The notes under the pieces are model-generated. The model was not told where the DNA came from and made no database searches. It saw only the letters and a program-made list of their open reading frames with translations. From the IMG/VR virus record IMGVR_UViG_3300044645_002359, positions 1 through 64,000 of that record: a stretch of 64,000 bases of DNA, one strand, 5' to 3'. Both the position numbers and the translations under genes were made by a program. Positions 8,241-18,756 of the stretch are shown one piece after another (within the stretch, counting starts at the first letter, position 1; each line of letters starts with the position of its first letter).

Positions 8241-8474
8241 ATGAAACCCACGAATTCTCCACCTGAACTTTTCCTGCCGCTTGAACGAGCTGTCGTAGCT
8301 GCAGCCTATCAGAACCTTTTGATTGATCGAATCAACGTTCCCCTTGAACAGGGTGAAGAGGAAACCCCTTGGCAAAATTACCTTGAAGAGGCTCGCTACC
8401 TTCTTAAGGAGACTGGGGAAAACTACAAGGGTCAACACGGTCATCCCACTATCAAAGTTTTCACTGAAAATTAA
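8241..8474 (+). CDS. Hypothetical protein
   Basis: Tiled ORF. Confidence 0.6.
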   Translation: MKPTNSPPELFLPLERAVVAAAYQNLLIDRINVPLEQGEEETPWQNYLEEARYLLKETGENYKGQHGHPTIKVFTEN

Positions 8475-8485
8475 GACCCTGAATT

Positions 8486-8776
8486 ATGGAAATTTGGCAA
8501 ACCTACCGAAACGCCGACGACATTGAAGGGCGAGGCCCCATGGTCCCTGACCGGGCATTCCTCCATGAGCACCATGCTGCTGAGTACATTGATGCCCAAC
8601 CGGGCATTATGGGCCGGAGGGGGGAATGGTCCAAGCAAAAGTATGGGGATTGGGAGATGAAGAGGGTGTTTGTGTATGAACACAGCGTCATTGAGCAAGA
8701 ACGCCAATTGGCTGCGCTCAAAGAAACTGCGTTAGCTAAGCTCACTGTGGCGGAAAAAGAGGCTCTGGGACTATGA
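8486..8776 (+). CDS. Hypothetical protein, C-terminal ALAKLT..E.EALGL motif
   Basis: Tiled ORF. Confidence 0.7.
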   Translation: MEIWQTYRNADDIEGRGPMVPDRAFLHEHHAAEYIDAQPGIMGRRGEWSKQKYGDWEMKRVFVYEHSVIEQERQLAALKETALAKLTVAEKEALGL

Positions 8777-8799
8777 CGATCAAGTCAATCTAAAGACAG

Positions 8800-9252
8800 A
8801 TGGGAAAGTATTCTTGCAATGTTGACGGAAAGGTTCTGGACTGGAAGTTCACCAAATCTAAGGCTAGCTCTGGCACCGAAATAACTTGGAACTTCTTTCT
8901 AGGTGAAACGTTTATTGGGCAGATGGTTAAGGCCCGACGCAGCGGGTGGGACCCGTACGTTCACCATACTCGGTGCCCTTTCGGCGGCCTGCAAGGTTTT
9001 GCAACCAGGTACGATGCGGCAGAGTACATGCTGAAAGTTTGCGGTTTCATCAAACACCCGGACCAGCAGTATATCGCAGAGATGATAGACTTGGAGCACA
9101 TGCCTTTCGAGTTTGGGACCTTCAAGGAGTTTATTGACTGCAAACAGAAACTAAAGGTTGCTGAAGAGAAGTTGGCTGCTGCGTATGAAAGGGAAGTTGC
9201 ACTAGAGAGTCAGCTCTCTTGGGCCGAAAACCCTGAACGTATGGGCAACTAA
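8800..9252 (+). CDS. Hypothetical protein
   Basis: Tiled ORF, 150 aa. Confidence 0.7.
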   Translation: MGKYSCNVDGKVLDWKFTKSKASSGTEITWNFFLGETFIGQMVKARRSGWDPYVHHTRCPFGGLQGFATRYDAAEYMLKVCGFIKHPDQQYIAEMIDLEHMPFEFGTFKEFIDCKQKLKVAEEKLAAAYEREVALESQLSWAENPERMGN

Positions 9253-9285
9253 CTCACACCAAATAACACTAACCCTACCAAAAAA

Positions 9286-9576
9286 ATGAACCCTGAAGAA
9301 TTTTGCATTTGGTTAAGAGGCTTCCTAGATGGGGCTGATACTTTATATGGCCTTAGCCTTGATAAATTGAATACACTTGTAGAAAAACTGAACTCGGTCT
9401 CACCCCAGTCAGTTAAAACGGAATTCACCCTCCCTAAGATTACAGAAGACGAAGCTTATCGTATGAAAAAAGCAATTGACGATTACCAATGGCCACCTAA
9501 AAAGAGTGACCCCTGGGCACCTCCGTACAGATTTACCTGTGACAGTCAGGAGCCTGATATTAGATTAAACTGCTGA
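9286..9576 (+). CDS. Hypothetical protein, FCxWLxG family 1
   Basis: MNPEEFCIWLRGF. Confidence 0.7.
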   Translation: MNPEEFCIWLRGFLDGADTLYGLSLDKLNTLVEKLNSVSPQSVKTEFTLPKITEDEAYRMKKAIDDYQWPPKKSDPWAPPYRFTCDSQEPDIRLNC

Positions 9577-9599
9577 TTCCCCCTAAAATTATAACAAAA

Positions 9600-9788
9600 A
9601 TGAGTCAAAACGACTTCCTGTGTTGGCTTCAGGGCTACATCCTAGGTGTAACCGGCACTCAATTATCAGACGAACAAGTTGATCGTATCCATGGTAATCT
9701 GGTAAAAGTCACTTACCCGCCACAACCGGGGCAAACACCTTTTCCTGTTAACGGCCAGAGCCCAACCGGGGAACTTTACCGCTGTTAA
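9600..9788 (+). CDS. Hypothetical protein, FCxWLxG family 2
   Basis: MSQNDFLCWLQGY. Confidence 0.7.
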   Translation: MSQNDFLCWLQGYILGVTGTQLSDEQVDRIHGNLVKVTYPPQPGQTPFPVNGQSPTGELYRC

Positions 9789-9807
9789 TTCCACTTTCAT
9801 AAACACA

Positions 9808-10080
9808 ATGCAATCACGAGACTTTTGCTACTGGCTCCAAGGACTCTTTGAGCTTGGGAACCCTCAGACGCTTACCTCTGAGCAAATCCAAATCATCCGC
9901 AATCACCTCAACATGGTTTTCTACCATGAGATTGACCCTAGTTTCGGGGGACCCGAGGTTCAGGATGCCCTAAACACGCTACACTCGGGGTCTGTCTCAC
10001 TGTCAAACCAAACACAGTCTAGCGAGTTGTTTCACCCCGCCCAAAGACCCCCACGAAATGGTCCCCTCATGAAATGCTGA
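9808..10080 (+). CDS. Hypothetical protein, FCxWLxG family 3
   Basis: MQSRDFCYWLQGL. Confidence 0.7.
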   Translation: MQSRDFCYWLQGLFELGNPQTLTSEQIQIIRNHLNMVFYHEIDPSFGGPEVQDALNTLHSGSVSLSNQTQSSELFHPAQRPPRNGPLMKC

Positions 10081-10314
10081 ATTGCGAGTAACGTGAACTG
10101 ATAAGAAAAATGGACAGCAAGACTCGAGAAGAAATCTCAGCATTGATTGATGGCAAAATTCGTGAGCATGAATTCAAGGTTGGTTGGGTCAGCGGACTCA
10201 TTGGCGTGGCCTTCGTGGTTGGTATAGTCCATGCTATTTGGCTGCTGAAACAGCTTGCCTCGTTTACGGCTGCGAGCTGAAGGTAAAATAACCCTGTAAA
10301 TAAACAGGGAACAA

Positions 10315-10386
10315 GGTTGGATAGTTCAGAGGTAGAACGGCTCTTTCATACGGAGTAAGTCGCAGGTTCGAATCCTGCTCCAGCCA
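10315..10386 (+). tRNA. tRNA-Met/Ile2(CAT)
   Basis: gctct-ttcatac-ggagt. Confidence 0.8.
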
Positions 10387-10393
10387 TTTTACC

Positions 10394-10411
10394 GGGGTAA
10401 GTTTAACTGAG
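10394..10411 (+). promoter_or_regulatory. Putative late promoter GGGTAAGTTTAAYTGAG
   Basis: Also at 11321 and 27022; variants at 45711, 52097 and 22919. Confidence 0.6.
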
Positions 10412-10423
10412 TCCACGAAACAT

Positions 10424-11262
10424 ATGCAGAGTTCTTTTTCAGCTAAAGCTATTGAGACAGTTAACCTTCTCCTGGGTAGTTCAGGCACACTTGACTACAC
10501 ACGTTGTGTAAGACCGGATGGTACCGCCTATGGGACTTCAGGTTCCTGTCGCAAGGGTACGCAGCAAAATAAAGCTGAAATTCGGAAGCTAAAAGCCAAG
10601 ATAAAAGAAGCTGAGGGGGTTATAGAGTACCAGCTGAAAGCAGGCGACCCGGCATACGCAAGTCTCTGGGCCAAGCGATTAGAGGAACACAAAAGAAAAC
10701 TAACCGAACTTGAGGGCAATGAGCCGGTCAAGCCAACTACAAAATCAAACGCTCCAGTCTTAACTGGCGTTGAAAAAAGCGCCTTGGTTAACTATATGAC
10801 CGGGGGCTCCATGGAAACTGGGAATTTGCTGGATATAAACTGGAGGCTCAGGGGATTAGGTGAAGGGCTGATCTCATCTACCGAAAACGAACAAATCAAG
10901 AATCTGGACTCAGCCTTGAAGAAACTACCCGGTAATTCGTCTGGGCAGGAGTTTTATCGGGGTGTATCTTTGGAGCCTGAGCAAGCCAGGAATCTCTTAA
11001 CTTCACTGAAAAGTCAAGGGTCGTGGAAAGACCCAGGTTTTCTTCCTACTCGCGAGACAGAGAACAGGCAGAAGAGTTTGCAGGTCAAGGGGAAGTTTCC
11101 GTCATTTTCATTACGCGGTCCAAAAACTTACGAGATGCCGGTAAATACGCTCCCGAAGAATTTTCGGATCAGCAAGAATCAATCCTCCCCCGGAATACCC
11201 CTTTAAGGGTTACAAACATTAAAAAAGACGGCGAGCTAATTGTGGTCCATCTGGCTGATTGA
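10424..11262 (+). CDS. DFTRC-family protein with C-terminal VIP2/Alt-like ADP-ribosyltransferase; single-base frameshift at 11038-11041
   Basis: YRGV...GFSSYS...DQQESILP once 10424..11206 and 11023..11262 are joined. Confidence 0.75.
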
Positions 11263-11350
11263 GCTTCCCATATCCACAATTAAACTTCCTTGGCTCAGCG
11301 GTTTCAACCTTTGGTGCAAGGGGGTAAGTTTAATTGAGCTCCCTTAACAG

Positions 11351-12127
11351 ATGCAAAGCTCCTTTTCAGTCGATGCCCTAAACAAAGTCGACCGGCTCTT
11401 GGCTGGTGCGGATGCTTTAGACTTCACTCGTTGCGTAAGGCCCAATGGCACAGCCTAGGGGACAGCAGGTCAATGCCGTAAAGGAGTAGAACGTCCAGAA
11501 GAAGAGACGGAGAGGCAAGATCGTGAGAAAAAACAAGTTCTGTATCTGATTGACAAGCGTTACTCCGATGACCCGGAAAGAAAGGCCAAGGTTCTTAACA
11601 GCTTCGAGGCCAACGGAAACTTAGCCGACAAGATTCGAGAGTTGGATGACGGGAACACCGTAATACTTTCAAACCACATGAACATTCATCTGGAGAGAAA
11701 ACTCAATGACATTGACAGTGTATCCCTGACATTAGTAGGCAGAGCAGACCAAAAAGTAAAAGAGATCAGCTTCACTGCCAACGGGGAATTGGATTACGGA
11801 AGCATAGAAGATCCAAAGGATCGCGTCAAAGCTGCTTTAACTGTACGAAAGTTATTTACGATGCTAACAAAGGCTTTGAACCCAGGGGATATGCTCTCTT
11901 GCTACGCCTGGGATGAAGACGGAAGAGAGCAACAAAGAGAAAAAGCCTACAAGAAAATTGGCTTTCAGCCCCAGGCTGACGGTAGTTTGTTAGGAGAAGT
12001 TCAATCGGGTGGCGGTGTTGCCTTCCGAGCTGAACCTGCATTCTCAGAAAGCAAAGGAAGCTGGGTAGACTGGTATGTGGCCCTATTCGGTGAGCTGCCC
12101 CGGAGAAGCTCCTCCAAGGCTCTCTGA
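11351..12127 (+). CDS. DFTRC-family protein with in-frame TAG at 11456
   Basis: MQSSFS...DFTRCVRPNGTA*GTAGQCRKG; open to 12127. Confidence 0.7.
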
Positions 12128-12255
12128 GGCTGCTTAGGCGAAGGGCTACCCTTCCGTGCCCCTCGGCTGAGACCCCGTCCGAGGCTCCTCTAGCCCCCTT
12201 AGAGCGGTGGTGCGTCTTTGCTGAGCAAAGGGTCGGTCTTTACTACGTAAAGGGT

Positions 12256-12318
12256 CGGTAAGCCGCCCTGAACCGTTCGGTTCCCACCCTTGGCCTTCGG
12301 TCACAAAGGTAGTATAGT
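12256..12318 (+). promoter_or_regulatory. Class I repeated promoter
   Basis: cggtaagccg; TTGGCC-17-TATAGT; ATG 12325. Confidence 0.8.
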
Positions 12319-12324
12319 ATTTGT

Positions 12325-12621
12325 ATGAAAAGCGACCTCACTCCCGTCCACTTCGCTGCTATTGAAGAAACGCTAACCCTGATCGGTAGTGGGTTCGAAC
12401 CACGCAGTCTCATGAACAAACTTCTGTTCGATCTTTTTCCGAACGAAGACCAAAAGTTCTTGGATTACTGGGCTGGTTACAGGTTCGTTCACCTAAAAGG
12501 AACTGCTTTTCTGTCGAGTCGAGAATGGATCCTGACAGACATGGTTCGCGAAGTTCTTCAAGGCACTGCCCAAAAGTGGTTTGAAGATTGGCTTCAAGAG
12601 CACGGTCAGGTAGCTGCCTGA
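12325..12621 (+). CDS. Hypothetical protein (leaderless)
   Basis: ATG 6 nt after -10. Confidence 0.7.
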   Translation: MKSDLTPVHFAAIEETLTLIGSGFEPRSLMNKLLFDLFPNEDQKFLDYWAGYRFVHLKGTAFLSSREWILTDMVREVLQGTAQKWFEDWLQEHGQVAA

Positions 12622-12630
12622 TCACAACAA

Positions 12631-12703
12631 ACCGGCATAGTTCAGCGGACAGAACGCGAGCCTTCTAAGCTTGATGTCGGGGGTTCAAATCCCTCTGCCG
12701 GTG
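12631..12703 (+). tRNA. tRNA-Arg(TCT)
   Basis: cgagc-cttctaa-gcttg. Confidence 0.9.
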
Positions 12704-12720
12704 TTTGTCTACTTAATCAA

Positions 12721-13059
12721 ATGTTTCAAGATCGCGAATCCTACCTGCGCGAAGTTGCCGAATGGCAAGCAACCTACGCCCAGCTGAGTGAGCGCCAGCG
12801 CAACCGCAAACTAGAAATCAAGGGCACACAGCGGAACGCCAGTGAAATCCCCGTGTTTTCTTACCTCTGGCCCGTTGAACAGCAAGAGGCGTGGAACCGT
12901 GAATACGGTCGCTCCTACGGCTCCTACACGAGCCGACATTCCGCCTTGCAGCTCACCGTCAACGACGTAGCCCTTCAGGCCCAAGCAATGCTTCGAGCTC
13001 GCTCTGCCATGAAGGCTGAAGCCGGTCGCCAAACAGCCTTGCTTCCCGCTGTTGTCTGA
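12721..13059 (+). CDS. Hypothetical protein
   Basis: ORF track. Confidence 0.7.
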   Translation: MFQDRESYLREVAEWQATYAQLSERQRNRKLEIKGTQRNASEIPVFSYLWPVEQQEAWNREYGRSYGSYTSRHSALQLTVNDVALQAQAMLRARSAMKAEAGRQTALLPAVV

Positions 13060-13073
13060 ACCCTTCGGAGGGG

Positions 13074-13136
13074 CGGTGAACCGAACGAACCGGTTCGGTT
13101 CGCAGCCTTGTTTTCGCCTCGCGAAAACGCTATGAT
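13074..13136 (+). promoter_or_regulatory. Class I repeated promoter
   Basis: cggtgaaccg; TTGTTT-17-TATGAT; ATG 13143. Confidence 0.85.
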
Positions 13137-13142
13137 TATTGT

Positions 13143-13337
13143 ATGAAAACAGCCTACCGAGTCGACGTCATCACTGGAACCAACAAGCGCAACCGGCGTG
13201 AAGTTGTCAATCGAGACGGATTTACCGTTTTCAGTGAAGCCCAGCGTTGGCGAGATTCGGTAGCTCGTGAAAATCCGCAAGCGTTGGTTGTAGTTACCGC
13301 ATACGCTTCTCCAGAGAGCCTACTAATTAGGCTCTGA
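13143..13337 (+). CDS. Hypothetical protein (leaderless)
   Basis: ATG 6 nt after -10. Confidence 0.7.
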   Translation: MKTAYRVDVITGTNKRNRREVVNRDGFTVFSEAQRWRDSVARENPQALVVVTAYASPESLLIRL

Positions 13338-13357
13338 CAGGAACCTCTCAGAAAACA

Positions 13358-13639
13358 ATGAAATCGAAAACCTATTCATTCGCAAAACAACCTGGCCGCA
13401 AGGTTTCTCTTTACGAGGTCGAATGCCTTGAGGATAGGGTGAACACCTTGGAGTCTTGCCTAGAGCACTCAGAACGGCTGAGGAAAGTAGAAAACCTGAG
13501 TGCCGATAACTTTGAGCACTTTCTCATCGAGAATGAGCCCCTGGTTGCGTTCACACCTGAAGGAGAGTCCTTCTTTCCTTGCACCTCCTCGATCTCAAAG
13601 TCAGGAAACGGTGTAGGAAAGTTCGCCCGTCAGTGTTGA
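13358..13639 (+). CDS. Hypothetical protein
   Basis: Tiled ORF. Confidence 0.6.
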   Translation: MKSKTYSFAKQPGRKVSLYEVECLEDRVNTLESCLEHSERLRKVENLSADNFEHFLIENEPLVAFTPEGESFFPCTSSISKSGNGVGKFARQC

Positions 13640-13646
13640 CGGCCAC

Positions 13647-13719
13647 GCTCCTTTAGCTATCTGGTGAAAGCAGCAAACTCATAATTTGCCTCAGACGTGT
13701 TCGATCCACGTAAGGAGCA
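13647..13719 (+). tRNA. tRNA-Ile2/Met(CAT)
   Basis: gcaaa-ctcataa-tttgc. Confidence 0.85.
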
Positions 13720-14102
13720 TTCTAAAACAACGGAGTTACAAATGGATTATAACGATCTCTTAATCGAGATTTTAAACATGACACCGGAACAACGCACCCA
13801 GAAGGTGAAAGTTGCTGATGGCGACCACGGAATGGGTTTCTCTGAATCTGATTGTACAGACATCCGACGGCTTGAAATCTTAAACTGGTGCGGCCCGGCG
13901 CTGTTTCTTAACTAACTTTGATACCAATGCTAACACGAGAGCAAGAAACGTCAGTTATGCGTTTCTACGACGAACTTTCCCTTGATCATAGAGAATCTGT
14001 AAACTTCTTTGTTAACATGGTTTCCAGACTAACTGACTTTGAAGCCATCGAGATTGACACAACCAATAATAAAGTTCACTTAAAGAAACTTTGACTCCAT
14101 AA

Positions 14103-14176
14103 GCCTTGTTAGCTCAGCTGGATAGAGCACATCTTTCCTAAAGATGAGGTCGCAGGTTCAATTCCTGTACAGGGTG
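14103..14176 (+). tRNA. tRNA-Arg(CCT)
   Basis: catct-ttcctaa-agatg. Confidence 0.9.
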
Positions 14177-14237
14177 CTTTTCACAGGTAGGAACACAAAG
14201 GGGGTAGACTCCTCACACAACAAATCACTGAATCAAA

Positions 14238-14600
14238 ATGGAAAAAACAAAGAAACTGGTTAAAGAATACAAGTTGGACCCTGAAGAAACCAGGTACCTT
14301 CGGCCTTTGGAAGAGGACCTTGAAGACCTTCCCACAGACTTAAGTGAACTTGTAAGCCACATTAATTCTCTCATAGATGAAGGTTTTACGACCTTAGACG
14401 TAGACATCTCTGGATGGGAGGGGTCCGGTACAGCTTATCTTTCCTATTTCAAAGAAAGAGAGGAAGCTGACGCAGAATTTCAGGCACGACTGAAAGTTGA
14501 ACAAGAAAGGGAAGAAATAGCAGAAAGACGGAGGGTGACTATTGCGGGACTATCCCAGGAGCAAAGAGAGGCTTTGGGCATTAGTCAATACGCTTCTTAG
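14238..14600 (+). CDS. Hypothetical protein, C-terminal LSQEQREALGI
   Basis: ORF track. Confidence 0.7.
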   Translation: MEKTKKLVKEYKLDPEETRYLRPLEEDLEDLPTDLSELVSHINSLIDEGFTTLDVDISGWEGSGTAYLSYFKEREEADAEFQARLKVEQEREEIAERRRVTIAGLSQEQREALGISQYAS

Positions 14601-14630
14601 AGTTCTATTGAAAACAAAAACAAAGGCAAA

Positions 14631-14998
14631 ATGACGAAACTCAAAAGACTGACTGTGTATGACTACAAAATGCAGTCTAAAAAGAGCAATACACCGATGA
14701 TGCTACTTATGTTTTCAGTGGGGAAATTTCAGCAGTTATTGCGTATCTTCAAGATATCTTAAACGAGGGTTTCACCCACATGGATACAGAAAAGTGGGTT
14801 GAGGAGGAGTACGGCCATGGGTATGCAATGTGTGAAACTAAATATTACAAAGTTAGAGAGGAGACTGACGGAGAATATGAAAAACGGTGTGAAAACCACC
14901 GAAAACAAAAGGAAGCGGAAAAAGTTAAGGCGGAAGCAAGGAGGGTAGCAATGGAAGCATTGACCCTTGAGCAAAGGGGCGCACTTGGGATTCGTTGA
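14631..14998 (+). CDS. Hypothetical paralog of 14238; frameshift in A-run 14689-14693
   Basis: One extra A gives ...ILNEGFTHMDTEKW...LTLEQRGALGIR. Confidence 0.6.
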
Positions 14999-15116
14999 CT
15001 TCGACTTCCGATGGCGTAATAACCGAACCTTTTTGTACGGTAATCCGAACCCACACCCGAAAGTAAACGACCTCTAATAGCACCAACACCCTCCAGCCCC
15101 AAACCCTAAGCAAACC

Positions 15117-15575
15117 ATGCCAAGCCCCAAACAACCACAATCCGGCGAAGAAAAAGCTCTTCGCAAGCAGCAACGTCTGGAAAAAGAAGCTGAATTAAAG
15201 GCCGCCGTTATCCAGACTCAAAAGAAGGAGATGGAGAATTACTTCCAGGGTTTACCTCGTCTTATCCTTAATTTGCTTTCAGAACTTGATAAAGAGGTTA
15301 TTGACTATACCTTAAAACAACCGGAATCCAATAAATTCGAACTTACCACCCATAATTCAAACTTCGGCCTCTCAGATAATAGCCTTAATTTTACGGTATC
15401 TCAAGATGACTACTCTTACTCTGACTACGTTAATCTGAAATACAATATCGATAATGCCTTCTCAGTGATTGAGTCCATTAGACGCTCTCGTCTTGAAGAA
15501 GAAGAAAAACACCGTAAACGGCAAGCTGCCCTTGCAAAACTTGACCCCGAAGACCGTAAACTTCTAGGGCTTTGA
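15117..15575 (+). CDS. Hypothetical protein, C-terminal ALAKLDPEDRKLLGL
   Basis: ORF track. Confidence 0.7.
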   Translation: MPSPKQPQSGEEKALRKQQRLEKEAELKAAVIQTQKKEMENYFQGLPRLILNLLSELDKEVIDYTLKQPESNKFELTTHNSNFGLSDNSLNFTVSQDDYSYSDYVNLKYNIDNAFSVIESIRRSRLEEEEKHRKRQAALAKLDPEDRKLLGL

Positions 15576-16162
15576 TTGCCTTTGAGAAGCAAAGACTACT
15601 ATTCATGGCCAACCAATCAACCCAAATGAAGCCCGAATTTCGCATCCGAGAACGCCACTATGGCAGCGAATCTATACCTTATCGTACAACCTTTTTCTAC
15701 TGTGAGAAAAAATTTCTATGGTTCTGGATACCAGTGTTTAAGATAGATGTCGGTAAAGGCAGAGACGTAATCCGAGGTTTCGGGTCCCTGGAAAAGCCCA
15801 AAAGGCAATAAGTGACTATTGCGAATACACGAAGTTTCACTACCCCTGCTAAAACAATGACCGAACCCCCAATCAAAAACTGCTCTACATGCGGCCACAG
15901 CACCCCCGGTGAGTATAGCTCGCAAGTAGGCAAAGATCGATATCGCTTTTGCAATCTTTGCAGTGAGTCTTGTTCTTTGGTCAATAACCCAGCACTATCG
16001 GGCTCGCATTGGGCTTGCTTTAGACACAGCCAATGGGTACCTCAACCAACCTCGCCACCGAAACCCTCAACTATTTGGCAACAAATCGGTAAGGCAATCC
16101 TTGCCAAACTTACGCCGGGTTACCCAAAGTGAAGGGAGGTTCGGTCTTTGCTACGCAAAGGA

Positions 16163-16225
16163 CGGTTACCCGAACCGACCCGTTCGGTTCCCCCCCTTGT
16201 TTCTGCACTGCAGAAACGGTATAGT
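16163..16225 (+). promoter_or_regulatory. Class I repeated promoter
   Basis: cggttacccg; TTGTTT-17-TATAGT; ATG 16232. Confidence 0.85.
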
Positions 16226-16231
16226 ATATGT

Positions 16232-16624
16232 ATGGAAAGCACTACCTCTCGCCGTGGAATCCTCTGGTTGTCTGACCCAGACCAAGAGTTTCGGGTGTGC
16301 ACAACCTTTGCCAACGCTGCACGCCACTTGCATGTGACTTTGCAGTTTGGGATTTATGAGAACGAGATTCCTGCCGGGATTTTGGGTCACACTTTCTCTG
16401 TTCGGGCTACAAGCATCTGTTACAATACCCGAATTCAAGCTTTGCGCGTAGAACTGCCTACCGAACTCCAAGACGTTTGTCAAAACGAAAACCCTCATAT
16501 GACAATCTCGATGATTCCTGGAGTTCGCCCCGTTGAGTCAAACGAGATGTTGCAGGGTTCCTATCATTCCGAGTCAGTAGACTTTGAAATGTCTCTCATC
16601 TGCGAATTTTCACCCTTCAACTAA
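16232..16624 (+). CDS. 2H phosphoesterase (tRNA ligase CPD-like)
   Basis: Two HxT motifs: LHVTLQFG and PHMTIS. Confidence 0.7.
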   Translation: MESTTSRRGILWLSDPDQEFRVCTTFANAARHLHVTLQFGIYENEIPAGILGHTFSVRATSICYNTRIQALRVELPTELQDVCQNENPHMTISMIPGVRPVESNEMLQGSYHSESVDFEMSLICEFSPFN

Positions 16625-16835
16625 TCATGTTTCCTAACAGTCCAGAAAAAATCGTGTCCTTCCAGGTTGTACCTGCAAGCTGCCTTGAATACCCAAGCGA
16701 GCTAGGAGAGAGTGTGGTATATTTGACCAAAGAGCACGTGGTTGCCCTCGACTCAGAAGGGATGTTATGGGCAAGAAACGTTGACGAAACAGGTTGGACC
16801 TGCTTAAACCCTTCCTAAATTAAATCCGGAGACCA

Positions 16836-17105
16836 ATGACAGCAACTTCTTTTGATGACATCCTCGACGAATACTATGAGGAAATGAACCAATACATGAA
16901 AAATCTGGCAGTTGAACTAGGTGTGTCCATCTGGTGCGCGGAAGACGTTTGGTACTTGCGTACTCGTTCACGCCACACCCCGGAACTGGAAGCCGAACTG
17001 ATTGCACTCCATGCTGCAGGCACTCCTCCGAACATGTGTGATTTCGGTGTGACCGAAAACACTCAGGCTTACATCCGAGAATCTTGCGCTGACACCCGAG
17101 GGTGA
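16836..17105 (+). CDS. Hypothetical protein
   Basis: Tiled ORF. Confidence 0.65.
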   Translation: MTATSFDDILDEYYEEMNQYMKNLAVELGVSIWCAEDVWYLRTRSRHTPELEAELIALHAAGTPPNMCDFGVTENTQAYIRESCADTRG

Positions 17106-17480
17106 CTGTGTCAAGTAACGAAGATGAAAAAGACGCCGAACTGTTTCGATTCCGGGCGCAAGAACTATGTGCCCGCCGCAAAGAAGTTTCTAATGCACTA
17201 GAGTGGTGCAGAACTCCAACCGAAGCCCGAAACACCCTTTCCGCCATCATGACGTTGAAAAAAGCTTGTCCAAAGTCAAATCCCTAACTTCCGTAAAAAA
17301 AATGATCCCCAACATTAAATCCAAGGACATCGAAGTGCGCCTGCTCAGCGAACTTTCTCCGCAACTTCCGGCAGTCAAAGAACCTGACAATCGCCGTTGT
17401 GTATACAAGCAGATTCAAGCAGAATTTCGCCATGAGGGGTTGTACTGAACTGAATTAGTTCCCCCCAATTAAGGGGACAC

Positions 17481-17552
17481 ACCCACGTAGCACAGCGGTA
17501 GTGCAGCCGTTTCGTAAGCGGCAGGTCGCTGGTTCGAGTCCAGTCGTGGTTT
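17481..17552 (+). tRNA. tRNA-Thr(CGT)
   Basis: gccgt-ttcgtaa-gcggc. Confidence 0.85.
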
Positions 17553-17781
17553 TTCCTTTACTCTTACAAAGTGCCTTCCTTTATTTACAGACCAGAAACT
17601 CGAATTGCTGTTGGAACCTTATTAAGCGTCATTGGCTTGGCAATTCCGGGTCGTTCTCCGGGTATAATTTTTTGTGCTGTCGGTGGCGCGTTACTTGGGT
17701 CGGGAGTTTCTGGTTTTCTTCGGTGATTGCCCCCGGACAGCTTAACCGACTATCTATAACTCTGGATCCCTTGAAATCAAA

Positions 17782-18042
17782 ATGGTAAAATCAGCCCGAA
17801 GACGCCACCATGCCATGCGCCTGAGGAATAAATGGCTGAGGCTGCTACACAACCTGAGCCCTGAGCGCGGTCTTGACTGCATCACCTTTGGCAAGGTCTA
17901 TAGCAAAGACCCAATTGATTGCGGAAACCCACGGTGCAAACTTTGCTCTTATGCGAAGGTCTTACACAGCAAAGAGAAAAGGTTGCTTGAGAAGAGAGTT
18001 GCCAAGAATGAAACTTTAGAATTTAATAAGGAGGGCGGTTAA
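17782..18042 (+). CDS. Hypothetical basic protein with CxxxxCxxC
   Basis: DCGNPRCKLC. Confidence 0.65.
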   Translation: MVKSARRRHHAMRLRNKWLRLLHNLSPERGLDCITFGKVYSKDPIDCGNPRCKLCSYAKVLHSKEKRLLEKRVAKNETLEFNKEGG

Positions 18043-18098
18043 CCGTCCCGAACCGTTCGGTTCCCACCCTTGTTTCTGCGTTTCAGAAACGCTATAAT
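18036..18098 (+). promoter_or_regulatory. Class I repeated promoter
   Basis: cggttaaccg; TTGTTT-17-TATAAT; ATG 18105. Confidence 0.85.
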
Positions 18099-18104
18099 AT
18101 GATT

Positions 18105-18629
18105 ATGAAGAAACCAACCTACACCATTTCAGCGGTAAACACCGACGGCTCATCCGAGTTTCCTCGTCCCGAATGTCTACCTCAAGCTGGCGATGTCCTT
18201 GTGGTTGAAAAGCCTTTCAGGACTCTGGCTGGTTATGACTATCAAGTTGGTTCTAGGCTGCGTCTTATTGAGCGAACGCTAGATGCCCCTTTTAGACTTC
18301 TCAGTTCTCTTGGTAATTGGGTGGTAGAATGCCCATTTCAAAAGTCCGTATGGACCAATATTGAGCTGATGATTGCTGAGGGGACGTTGAGTTGTGACAG
18401 GGGACCCGAAGCTGGGGAATGGCTACCGATTAGTACCGCTCCAAAAGAATACAAACCTTACTCAATGTTTGTCGTGATTGCTATGGATGTCACCGTTGGC
18501 GCCGCGATCCGCTATACGACAGACCCCTATTGTGTTTACCGCACGGGCGGAACATACGTGAGGTGGCCACACTTTTTTCCTCCAACACATTGGAGGCCAC
18601 TCCCTGATTATAACCCAAAAACCAAATGA
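18105..18629 (+). CDS. Hypothetical protein, DUF551-like C-terminus
   Basis: W..IST.PK...PTHWRPLP. Confidence 0.6.
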   Translation: MKKPTYTISAVNTDGSSEFPRPECLPQAGDVLVVEKPFRTLAGYDYQVGSRLRLIERTLDAPFRLLSSLGNWVVECPFQKSVWTNIELMIAEGTLSCDRGPEAGEWLPISTAPKEYKPYSMFVVIAMDVTVGAAIRYTTDPYCVYRTGGTYVRWPHFFPPTHWRPLPDYNPKTK

Positions 18630-18756
18630 CTAACTTCCTCAGTAGACTCAATGCCCTTCTTCCCCCAAAGAAGAAATTCATCGTGCTCACAGATTTAAAG
18701 TCGGGCGACCCGTTAACTCCCCAGACCAACCTGCCAACTTAAACGTACAAACCAAC

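Noticed and set aside
12631-12703. Amber suppressor tRNA (CTA seen in the loop)
   Set aside because: The stem cgagc/gcttg places the 7-nt loop cttctaa, so the anticodon is TCT (Arg).
18036-18062. LexA/SOS box (GAAC...GTTC) in the promoter repeats
   Set aside because: Half-site spacing varies between copies and matches neither the GAAC-N4-GTTC box nor the cyanobacterial LexA box.
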